Shown in pieces: positions 56,435 to 64,000 of a stretch of DNA of 64,000 nt (position 1 is its first letter; each line of letters begins with the position of its first letter). The notes beneath the pieces are model-generated. The model saw only the letters and a list, made by a program, of their open reading frames with translations. It searched no databases and was not told where the DNA came from. The stretch is taken from the NCBI GenBank assembly GCA_902802045.1, contig CADCKQ010000001.1:310759-374758 (forward strand). Reading direction: 5' to 3'. Source of the stretch: Oscillospiraceae bacterium (GTDB lineage Bacteria; Bacillota; Clostridia; Oscillospirales; Oscillospiraceae). The position numbers and the translations under genes are program-made.

Positions 56435-56877
56435 TTCTCGACCTGCAGAGTGTATGTGCTGCCTTCCGTTATTTCCGTTTGATCTACGCCCGTCATGGCA
56501 TATTCGCCGTCAATGTAGAAGGCCCAGTATGTGCCGTCCGTATCGTAATCCGCGACGAAGCCGTTTACTTCCTTGACATAAAGACCGAATTCCGTCTCAT
56601 CTCCGGCAATAAGACCGAGTTCCAGAAGTGCTTCGCCGACTGTTTCTGCATCTGTATTGACCGTGTAATCGTATTGGTTCCCGTCTCCGTCAGTCACTGT
56701 CAGATAAAACTGTTTGCTTCCTTCCCCGATCTCACCGGATTCAAGAACCGCTGTCGCCGTTTCCGCAGTCTGTGCGGAAGGTGAGGCGCCGCAGCCTGCA
56801 AGGCCTGCGGTCATGCTCGCGACTAAAGCGATGACCAAAAGAAGGATTATGGATTTCGAACGGTCTGTTTTTTTCAT
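56431..56877 (-). CDS. DUF4430-like lipoprotein (transcobalamin/intrinsic-factor C-domain-like fold)
   Basis: Lipobox LAGCG, then YLTVTDGDGNQYDY...GLYVKEVNGF...YWAFYIDGEY typical of DUF4430. Four-nt overlap with the S-component gene. Confidence 0.6.
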   Translation of the reverse strand: MKKTDRSKSIILLLVIALVASMTAGLAGCGASPSAQTAETATAVLESGEIGEGSKQFYLTVTDGDGNQYDYTVNTDAETVGEALLELGLIAGDETEFGLYVKEVNGFVADYDTDGTYWAFYIDGEYAMTGVDQTEITEGSTYTLQVEK

Positions 56878-57045
56878 TTTCTTTTCTCCTGAAATACTCT
56901 GTTATTTCCGTTTAACCGGAGTTTTAATTATATCGCAAAAGATCCCCATTCTCAAGCAGTCTTTCAGCTTTATGTTTTATCTTCATTGAAAATTTCAATG
57001 CGCTGTGATATCATTTTTTTGTTAATCTATCAGCTGGAGCGAAAA

Positions 57046-57513
57046 ATGCCGGAATCGGTTTTTCTCAAGTGCATAATGGAATTTCTTATGAGCATGGTTC
57101 CGGTCGCGGAACTCAGATTTGCTCTGCCATGGGCAGTGCATAACGATATCGAACCGGTCCTTGCCTATGTTATCGCCGTTATCGGAAATATGACTCCCGT
57201 TCCGTTTATCCTGTTTCTTGTCGAGCAGATATTTGACCGGCTTAAAAAACACAAGTGGTGGCAGGGAAAGATAGCGTGGCTTGAAAAAAGGGCAGACTCA
57301 AAGGGCGAGATGGTTAGAAGATACAGCCTTATTGGTCTCTGCCTTCTGGTGGCTGTTCCGCTCCCCGGAACCGGCGCATGGACCGGCTCTCTGGTTGCTG
57401 CTCTGATGAAAATAAAAAGGCGCCTGGCAGTTCCCGTGATATTTGCCGGCGTCATGATCGCAGGGCTTATCGTTTTATTCTTTTACAGCGGAATTACCTT
57501 TATTCTTTCCTGA
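57046..57513 (+). CDS. COG2426-type small multidrug-export-like membrane protein
   Basis: VPVAELRFALPWAV...PLPGTGAWTG motif pattern. Start at MPESVF. Confidence 0.65.
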   Translation: MPESVFLKCIMEFLMSMVPVAELRFALPWAVHNDIEPVLAYVIAVIGNMTPVPFILFLVEQIFDRLKKHKWWQGKIAWLEKRADSKGEMVRRYSLIGLCLLVAVPLPGTGAWTGSLVAALMKIKRRLAVPVIFAGVMIAGLIVLFFYSGITFILS

Positions 57514-57527
57514 CATTAAAGGAGTAT

Positions 57528-57992
57528 ATGATGTTAAATAACGAATACTTCAGCGCTTTGGGATTAAGTCTGAAAAAAAGAAAATACTATCTTGCATCTG
57601 AGGTGGATGAGATCCTCTCGGATATACGCTCTCAAGCTGAGGCTTTAATAAACGAAAATGCCAGGCTGAAGGGTCAGCTTGACATTTTAAACATGAATAA
57701 GGATGAAATCGTTGAAACATTGAACTCCGCAAAAAACAAAGCCAAAGAGATAACCGACGGAGCAAGATCCGAGGCTGAGGAGATGATAGCAAATGCAGAA
57801 GCCAAAAGGGATACTATCCTGAAAGATGCTGAGCTTGCGCAGAACGAACTCGTTCAAAGAGCAGAAAAGAGTCTTTCCTCTCTGCGTGAAAAACACACCG
57901 AAGCTATTGAAGGCTTGAACTCCGACTTTCAGGCTTTTCTCCTGAGCCTGTACCCCGAAAATAAAGAAGACGGACAGGGATCACTATTTTAA
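57528..57992 (+). CDS. DivIVA-domain protein
   Basis: MMLNNEYFSALGLSLKKRKYYLASEVDEILSDI, followed by a coiled coil. AAAGGAG RBS. Confidence 0.7.
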   Translation: MMLNNEYFSALGLSLKKRKYYLASEVDEILSDIRSQAEALINENARLKGQLDILNMNKDEIVETLNSAKNKAKEITDGARSEAEEMIANAEAKRDTILKDAELAQNELVQRAEKSLSSLREKHTEAIEGLNSDFQAFLLSLYPENKEDGQGSLF

Positions 57993-58987
57993 GGGCAGAT
58001 AAACCCGCCTCCAAGAAGCCTTTCCCCGTCATACAACACTGCAGACTGTCCTGCTGCCGGAGCCCTTACGGGTTCCCGGCAGTTTATTATTACCATATCT
58101 CCTTCTGCTCTTGCCTCACAATCGGGATTTTCCCATTTTGTGTGCCGCACCCTGACCTGTGCCTTCAGCGGAGCATCGGGCCTGGTGATAAGCCAGTTGA
58201 AATCCCTGGCTCTGACTTCATACTTAAAAAGCTCTTCCCAGAGTGCAAGTTCAACGGTATTCCTGACAGCATCGATCTTCGATATATATACTTTTCTCTC
58301 ATTTAAAAGGCCAGGCATTCTCTGACCGACTGTATATGCGCATATCCCTTTATGCTTTCCGACAACGTCTCCGTGAAATATAAGATCTCCTTTGCCCGGG
58401 AGGCTTCTTCTTTTTCCTATCCATCCCAGGTAGTCCTTATCGGGAATAAAACAGATCTCCATGCTGTCAGGCTTTTCAGCAGCAGGAAGGGAAAGCTCTC
58501 TCGCCATTGCTCTGACATCAGTTTTTCTGTAAGGACCGAGCGGAAGTACAAGCCTCTCGACCTGCTCTTTTTTCAGCCTGCAGAGCATATAACTCTGGTC
58601 ATTTTCAGGTCTTCCTTTATAGAGGGCTCCGTTTTCAGATCTGGCATAATGACCTGTGGCAACAAGCTCCGCTCCTTCTTTATCCGCCTCCCCGATAAGA
58701 GTTTTAAACTTCACCGAGGGATTGCAGAGTATGCACGGATTCGGAGTCTCGCCTTTCAGGTAGCTTTCGCAAAAAGGCACGCATACCTTGTTTTCAAGCT
58801 CATCTTTAATATCTTTGACCTTTAAAGGCAGCTTCATAATATCCGCTGCTTTTTCGGCATACTCTCTTTCGGCAGCTGAGGCATTGTCCAGATATACTCC
58901 GATGACCTCGTATCCTTCCTTTTTCAGCAATACGGAAGAAACGGCAGAATCAACTCCTCCGGAAAAACCGAGAACGACTCTTTTCAT
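57989..58987 (-). CDS. mnmA: tRNA 2-thiouridine(34) synthase
   Basis: PP-loop [10 protein letters not shown] and catalytic Cys context (NPCILCN). Confidence 0.9.
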   Translation of the reverse strand: MKRVVLGFSGGVDSAVSSVLLKKEGYEVIGVYLDNASAAEREYAEKAADIMKLPLKVKDIKDELENKVCVPFCESYLKGETPNPCILCNPSVKFKTLIGEADKEGAELVATGHYARSENGALYKGRPENDQSYMLCRLKKEQVERLVLPLGPYRKTDVRAMARELSLPAAEKPDSMEICFIPDKDYLGWIGKRRSLPGKGDLIFHGDVVGKHKGICAYTVGQRMPGLLNERKVYISKIDAVRNTVELALWEELFKYEVRARDFNWLITRPDAPLKAQVRVRHTKWENPDCEARAEGDMVIINCREPVRAPAAGQSAVLYDGERLLGGGFICP

Positions 58988-60855
58988 CGTTTTGTCTCCG
59001 TATATATCATCAGCACACTTATGTCTGCCGGGCTTACTCCGGAAATACGGCTCGCCCTGCCGAAGTTCTCCGGACGTATCCTTTTGAGTTTCTCCCTTGC
59101 TTCAAGTCTCAGCCCGATTATGCTGTCGTAATCTATGTCCTCAGGCAAGGGCTTCGATTCCATTTTCGTGAACTCTTCCACCTGCTTGAGCTGTCTTTTT
59201 ATATAACCCTCGTATTTTATCTCGATCTCTGCTTCGCGTGTGATCTCTGTGTCAAGCAAAGGTCTTTTATTGTCAAAAGGCGCAAGATCTTCATATGTGA
59301 CCCTCGGTCTTCTAAGAAGATCCGCAAGACTTGCCCCGCTCACGACGGCAGAGGTATCTCTCTTCTCAAGGAGACAGTTCAGATCATCGCTCGGCGGAAT
59401 ATGGGTGCTTTCAAGCCTTTTGATCTCTGCATCCACTTTATTGTATTTATCGCATACTTCCGCATATCTCTCTTCGCTAATAAGACCAAGCCTCAGACCC
59501 ACAGCGCTTAATCGCAGATCTGCATTGTCCTGCCTGTGAAGAAGTCTGTACTCGCTTCTGGACGTCATCATCCTGTAAGGCTCATTTGTGCCCTTTGTGA
59601 CAAGATCGTCTATCAGAGTCCCGATATATCCGTCACTTCTTTTCAGAATGAAAGGCTCTTTCCCTTTTATCTTCCGGGCAGCATTGACTCCTGCAACAAA
59701 TCCCTGTACTGCAGCTTCTTCATAGCCTGAAGATCCGTTGAACTGCCCGGCACCGTACAGGCCCGAAACAGCTTTATGCTCCAGTGTTGCCTTAAGCTCT
59801 GTCGGATCAATGCAATCATACTCGATCGCATATGCACATCTTGTCATTTCGGCTTTTTCGAGTCCGGGAACAGTATGCAGCATCTGTATCTGGATCTCCT
59901 CTGGCAAAGAGGAAGAAAAACCCTGTATATACAACTCTTCGGTATTGAGTCCCATAGGCTCAACAAAGAGCTGGTGACGGGACTTATCCCTGAAAGTCAT
60001 GACTTTTGTCTCTATGCTCGGACAGTACCTGGGCCCTGTCCCCTCAATGACTCCGTTATAGATGGGGCTCCTGTCCAGATTTGCCCTTATGATCTCATGA
60101 GTTTTTTCGTTCGTATACGTCAGATAGCATACTGCCCTGTTAACAGGCTTTTCTTTTGTACGGAAAGAGAAAGGCTCGATATCCTCGTCGCCTTTCTGTA
60201 TTTCCATTTTAGAAAAATCAACTGTCCGCGCGTTTACTCTCGGAGGAGTGCCGGTCTTGAATCTTCGGATCCCAAGCCCGATTTCCTGCAGTCTTTGTGT
60301 CAGGGCTGCTGCAGCAGCAAGTCCGTCCGGTCCTGAAGTCTTTACCGCCTCGCCTGTTATTGTTCTGCCTCCCAGATAGGTCCCGGAAGCAATAACGACT
60401 GCGCTGCAGGAGTATACCGCACCTTTATCGGTCATAACAGAAACGACTTTCCCGTCTTTGACACCTATATCTGTTATTTCGGCCTGTTTGAGTCTCAGAT
60501 TCTCCTGTTTCTCCAGAGTCTGCTTCATTACCTCCTGGTAACGCCTTCTGTCTGCCTGAGCTCTCAGGGAATGTACAGCGGGCCCTTTGCCGAGATTAAG
60601 CATCCTGTACTGGATACATGCCTTGTCTGCAGCAATTCCCATCTCTCCGCCGAGAGCATCGAGCTCTCTCACCAGATGCCCTTTGCCTGTCCCTCCGATA
60701 GCGGGGTTGCAAGGCATATTCCCGATGCTGTCCAGATTTATCGTAAAACACACGGTGTCTGCTCCAAGGCGGGCTGCCGCAAGAGCAGCTTCTATCCCCG
60801 CGTGACCCGCTCCTATTACTGCTATATCACATTTTCCTGCATCATATGTTTTCAT
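58984..60855 (-). CDS. mnmG: tRNA uridine-5-carboxymethylaminomethyl(34) synthesis enzyme MnmG/GidA
   Basis: [30 protein letters not shown]. Four-nt overlap with mnmA. Confidence 0.95.
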   Translation of the reverse strand: MKTYDAGKCDIAVIGAGHAGIEAALAAARLGADTVCFTINLDSIGNMPCNPAIGGTGKGHLVRELDALGGEMGIAADKACIQYRMLNLGKGPAVHSLRAQADRRRYQEVMKQTLEKQENLRLKQAEITDIGVKDGKVVSVMTDKGAVYSCSAVVIASGTYLGGRTITGEAVKTSGPDGLAAAAALTQRLQEIGLGIRRFKTGTPPRVNARTVDFSKMEIQKGDEDIEPFSFRTKEKPVNRAVCYLTYTNEKTHEIIRANLDRSPIYNGVIEGTGPRYCPSIETKVMTFRDKSRHQLFVEPMGLNTEELYIQGFSSSLPEEIQIQMLHTVPGLEKAEMTRCAYAIEYDCIDPTELKATLEHKAVSGLYGAGQFNGSSGYEEAAVQGFVAGVNAARKIKGKEPFILKRSDGYIGTLIDDLVTKGTNEPYRMMTSRSEYRLLHRQDNADLRLSAVGLRLGLISEERYAEVCDKYNKVDAEIKRLESTHIPPSDDLNCLLEKRDTSAVVSGASLADLLRRPRVTYEDLAPFDNKRPLLDTEITREAEIEIKYEGYIKRQLKQVEEFTKMESKPLPEDIDYDSIIGLRLEAREKLKRIRPENFGRASRISGVSPADISVLMIYTETKR

Positions 60856-60927
60856 GGTTACTGAATTATAGCATACCCGCGAAAAAAAACAATGTCAGAC
60901 AAAACTCATATAAACAGAAAATATTTC

Positions 60928-60955
60928 TTGCTTTATTTATGCAATGTGTTATTAT
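60928..60955 (+). promoter_or_regulatory. Putative promoter with extended -10 for the amino-acid ABC operon, followed by a ~110-nt leader
   Basis: TTGCTT-16 nt-(TGt)TATTAT. The leader contains a hairpin, GGCTATGG (61018-61025) / CCATGGCC (61037-61044). Confidence 0.4.
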
Positions 60956-61071
60956 GCTACCATATTAAAAAATTGCTGAAACAGTAGTCTAATTCATTTT
61001 CCCATATGTTTTGAAACGGCTATGGGCTGCCCCGGTCCATGGCCGATTCCCGTTTTAAGGAGGCCTTTTCC

Positions 61072-61719
61072 ATGACTCTCTCCACCATGCTGACTACAAT
61101 GGGTGCAGGTATGCTCCGTACCTGTGCGATCTTCTTTCTCACGCTTTTAGGGGCACTTCCTCTGGGTTTTGTCATATATTTTGCGAGAAAATCTAAGATA
61201 AAGGTTCTCAGCTCATTTACAAAGATCTACATCTCAATTATGAGAGGGACTCCCCTCATGCTCCAACTCCTGGTCTGGTATTTCGGACCTTATTATCTTT
61301 TCCGCTGGTCCATTAGAGGCTACCGTTTCACGGCTATAATTCTTGGCTTCGTCTTAAACTACGCCGCCTATTTTGCAGAGATCTACAGAGGCGGTATAGA
61401 GTCTATGCCTGCCGGGCAGTATGAGGCGGCAGAAGTTCTCGGATATACAAAAACACAGACTTTTTTTAAAATAATCCTTCCTCAGGTCATAAAAAGGATA
61501 CTTCCGTCGGTAACGAACGAAGTGATAACGCTGGTAAAAGATACGTCTCTTGCTTTTACTCTGGCCTACCAGGAAGTTTTCTCTCTTGCAAAGCAGATCT
61601 CAGCCTCTCAGACAAGTTTTATGCCTTTTCTTATCGCAGGCATTTTCTATTATATAGCCAATTACGCCGTAGCTTTTGCGATGGAGCGCTTTGAGAAGGC
61701 TCTTGATTATTATAAATAA
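61072..61719 (+). CDS. Polar amino-acid ABC transporter permease
   Basis: HisM/GlnP-type permease (GTPLMLQLLV, EAAEVLGYTK EAA loop). ATG 61072 lies 8 nt after AAGGAGG. Confidence 0.85.
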   Translation: MTLSTMLTTMGAGMLRTCAIFFLTLLGALPLGFVIYFARKSKIKVLSSFTKIYISIMRGTPLMLQLLVWYFGPYYLFRWSIRGYRFTAIILGFVLNYAAYFAEIYRGGIESMPAGQYEAAEVLGYTKTQTFFKIILPQVIKRILPSVTNEVITLVKDTSLAFTLAYQEVFSLAKQISASQTSFMPFLIAGIFYYIANYAVAFAMERFEKALDYYK

Positions 61720-61749
61720 TAATGTATAAAATATAGGGAGGTGAACACT

Positions 61750-62508
61750 ATGATCCTCGAGATGAACGATATTAAAAAATCTTTCGGTAATCTTAATGTG
61801 CTTCGCGGGATATCCCTAAATGTAGATAAGGGAGAAGTTGTCAGCATAATCGGGCCATCAGGCGGCGGAAAATCCACATTCTTGCGCTGTGCGACCTTTT
61901 TAGAGAACATAGATTCCGGAGAGATCAAATATTTGGGGAAGACTGCAGCCTCCACAGATGAGTACGGCAACTGCCATTATGTGTCCGCTCAGGAGCTCAG
62001 AGAGTTTAAAAGCTGTTATGGCCTGGTCTTCCAGCAGTTCAATCTTTTTCCTCATTATACCGTGCTTAAAAATGTCATGGATGCCCCTGTTACCGTACAA
62101 AAACGCGAGAAATCGGAAGCTGCCGAAACAGCTATGGAGATGCTCAGGAAAATGGGCCTTGAAAGCAAAGCTGATTCCTATCCATGCCAGCTCTCCGGAG
62201 GGCAACAGCAAAGGGTCGCAATTGCAAGAGCTCTTGCCATGCGACCGGAGATCCTGTTTTTTGATGAACCGACTTCAGCCCTTGACCCGGAGCTCACGGG
62301 CGAAGTGCTCAGGGTAATAAAACAGCTCGCAGAAGAAAATATGACCATGGTCATAGTCACGCATGAAATGCCCTTTGCCAAAGCTGTTTCTAACCATGTG
62401 ATATTCATGGACGGTGGTGTAATCGTCGAACAGGGCGCTCCGGAACAGGTCCTCGGAGATCCCAACGAGGAACGTACAAAAGCATTTCTCCGTAACTACA
62501 GCCAATAG
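61750..62508 (+). CDS. Polar amino-acid ABC transporter ATP-binding protein
   Basis: [36 protein letters not shown]. Confidence 0.9.
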   Translation: MILEMNDIKKSFGNLNVLRGISLNVDKGEVVSIIGPSGGGKSTFLRCATFLENIDSGEIKYLGKTAASTDEYGNCHYVSAQELREFKSCYGLVFQQFNLFPHYTVLKNVMDAPVTVQKREKSEAAETAMEMLRKMGLESKADSYPCQLSGGQQQRVAIARALAMRPEILFFDEPTSALDPELTGEVLRVIKQLAEENMTMVIVTHEMPFAKAVSNHVIFMDGGVIVEQGAPEQVLGDPNEERTKAFLRNYSQ

Positions 62509-62533
62509 AAAACAGGCAGGACTTTGTATCTTA

Positions 62534-63295
62534 ATGAATTATATTAAAGCAGACCCTCAGGGAAACATCACAGCTATCGTTACGGATCCCTCAGATCCGA
62601 AAGACCGGATCCGGATCGCTTCCGGGATAATGGGAAAAGACAGGACCGTTGAACAGGTTGCATTTGTAACTGACCCTGAGAACGGTTCCGATATATCAAT
62701 AGAAATGGCAGGCGGAGAATTCTGCGGAAACGCGGCACTCTCTGCTGCCGCTTTATTTTTTCTGAGAAAAGGTGCAAAAAAAGGCACCTGTATGGTTTCT
62801 GTCTCCGGTACAAACAGAAGCATTCCGGTTTCCGTTGAAAGAACAGATCCTGAAAAACCTACTTTCAGAGGAGCTGTTTCCATGCCTCTGCCGAAAAAAA
62901 TTGCTCCTTTTGAATTCAATACTGATCTGGGCCGTCTGACTTTGAACGTCGTCGATTTTGGCGGGATAAGCCATGCAGTGACCGACAGAGCTACAGACAG
63001 AGAATTCGCCGAGCGAAACATTGCTGCGATGTGTTTTCAGTATGGCTCAGAAGCTTTCGGCCTCATGCTCTTTGACCGCGAGGCCTGTATTCTTGACCCT
63101 CTTGTATATGTCCCCGCCCTCGACAGCATGTTCTGGGAGAAGACCTGCGCCAGCGGGACCGCCGCCATAGGCGCCTGCTTTGCTCCGGCAGATCTGAAAA
63201 TAAAAGAACCGGGCGGGGTTCTCGGGATAAGCTCCCGTGAAAATTATCTGTTGCTTGAAAACCAGGTCACTTTATATCCGGGTCCTGCCTGTTAA
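62534..63295 (+). CDS. DapF-fold (PLP-independent) epimerase/racemase-like protein
   Basis: 253 aa with DPQGNITAIV near the N-terminus and two Cys motifs in DapF-like positions (GGEFCGNAALSAA and EKTCASGTAAIG). Confidence 0.55.
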   Translation: MNYIKADPQGNITAIVTDPSDPKDRIRIASGIMGKDRTVEQVAFVTDPENGSDISIEMAGGEFCGNAALSAAALFFLRKGAKKGTCMVSVSGTNRSIPVSVERTDPEKPTFRGAVSMPLPKKIAPFEFNTDLGRLTLNVVDFGGISHAVTDRATDREFAERNIAAMCFQYGSEAFGLMLFDREACILDPLVYVPALDSMFWEKTCASGTAAIGACFAPADLKIKEPGGVLGISSRENYLLLENQVTLYPGPAC

Positions 63296-63411
63296 AAGCT
63301 TTTATTATAACGCTTCGTCTTGACACGAAACTCCAAATTGATTATCATTCTCTCCGCGGAGAGGAGGCGAGTGCCGTTAAAAGGATCATATGTATAATTC
63401 TCGCTGTTGCC

Positions 63412-64000
63412 ATGCTGTTTTCTCTGGCCGGCTGCGGTGCTTCGGGTTATAAAGTCAATATCCTCAAAGTTCTGAAAGAACAGCATTATTACATATCATT
63501 CAGAAATGACGATCCCCTGGCGGATTGTGTTATGGGGGCCATTGAGGTTTTATCATCACAAGGTGTGTCTGATTCTCTGTCTTCCAAATGGTTCGGCTCC
63601 GGTGTCGTAAAGTTCGACAAGAACGAAAAAGCCCTGGACAACATTCAGATACCTGAAGAGCGAACGCTTATTATCGGAGTGGATACCAACGCTTTTCCGT
63701 TCGCCTATGAGACCGATGTCGGCATCTGGGGCTTTGATATTGAATTTGCCACCGCTGTCTGCGATTATCTCGGCTGGAAAATACAGATCATGCCAATAGA
63801 ACCTGCTGATGTCTATATACAGCTGTACTCGGGAAATATAGACTGCGCGTGGGGCGGAGTTGCCTTGAGCGACGAGGAATCTGAATCCGACTCCTTTGTT
63901 TCATACGGGCCCTATGCCGATAATGACATCGTCATAGCCACAAGAAGCGGTTCAACGGTATGGAACACTTGGAAGCTCAACAACAAGAACATGGCCATCT
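63412..64000 (+). CDS. Family-3 (polar amino acid) substrate-binding lipoprotein, 3'-truncated by the window; start uncertain
   Basis: Own translation: (M)LFSLAGCGASGYKV...ERTLIIGVDTNAFPFAYETDVGIWGFDIEFATAVCDYLGWKIQIMP...SGNIDCAWGG. The only in-frame ATG (63412) leaves almost no signal-peptide n-region; see findings. Confidence 0.65.
   Translation, partial: MLFSLAGCGASGYKVNILKVLKEQHYYISFRNDDPLADCVMGAIEVLSSQGVSDSLSSKWFGSGVVKFDKNEKALDNIQIPEERTLIIGVDTNAFPFAYETDVGIWGFDIEFATAVCDYLGWKIQIMPIEPADVYIQLYSGNIDCAWGGVALSDEESESDSFVSYGPYADNDIVIATRSGSTVWNTWKLNNKNMAI

Noticed and set aside
56878-57045. Possible cobalamin riboswitch upstream of the DUF4430/S-component operon
   Set aside because: The untranslated gap is only about 110-170 nt and AT-rich. 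I could not find a B12-box-like element or the extensive pairing expected.
61014-61056. Hairpin in the leader of the amino-acid ABC operon as a transcription attenuator or riboswitch
   Set aside because: The stem is only 8 bp with a G-U pair, and the T run is separated from it by 8 nt. The leader is too short for a T-box or a known amino-acid riboswitch. I kept it only as a note under the promoter feature.

Overview
This is a 64-kb chromosomal window that looks like a Firmicutes/Clostridia genome. The cues are AGGAGG-type RBSs, many ATGA/GTGA-coupled operons, DivIVA, an Sfp-type PPTase, an ECF S-component and lipoprotein SBPs. GC appears to be in the 50s by eye, with one lower-GC block. I can support about 57 CDS and 2 tRNAs (Asp-GTC, Thr-GGT), plus several hand-found sigma-70-like promoters, intrinsic terminators and palindromes. 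Housekeeping genes include typA, thyA-folA, efp, folC, ruvX, mnmG-mnmA, psuG, a two-component system and a PBP5-type carboxypeptidase. Carbohydrate genes include mglBAC, xylGH-xylBA, a ytfRT-yjfF-like translocator and a LacI regulator. There is also a polar amino-acid ABC importer. I saw no CRISPR array, integrase, transposase or prophage genes. The items most worth a second look are these. (1) An ATGA-coupled triad of a DUF2201-type VWA protein (HTVLH where HExxH is expected), a signal-less BspA-type LRR protein and a MoxR-like AAA+ ATPase, directly behind an oxidoreductase pair. (2) Two diverged, inverted copies of a CrtI-like flavoenzyme plus FNR/[2Fe-2S] reductase module. (3) A single lipoprotein gene that fuses a XylF/ChvE-like and a YtfQ-like binding domain, placed ahead of two complete ABC translocators in a nested order. 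(4) A roughly 430-bp non-coding gap between convergent genes, carrying GTGCAC-core repeats and inverted repeats. (5) A DapF-fold racemase-like gene inside the amino-acid ABC operon, followed by an SBP gene whose signal peptide is restored by a 1-nt change in an A4 run. All coordinates, motifs and GC spot counts were derived by hand from the sequence and ORF track. Family assignments come from memory of conserved motifs, not from searches.
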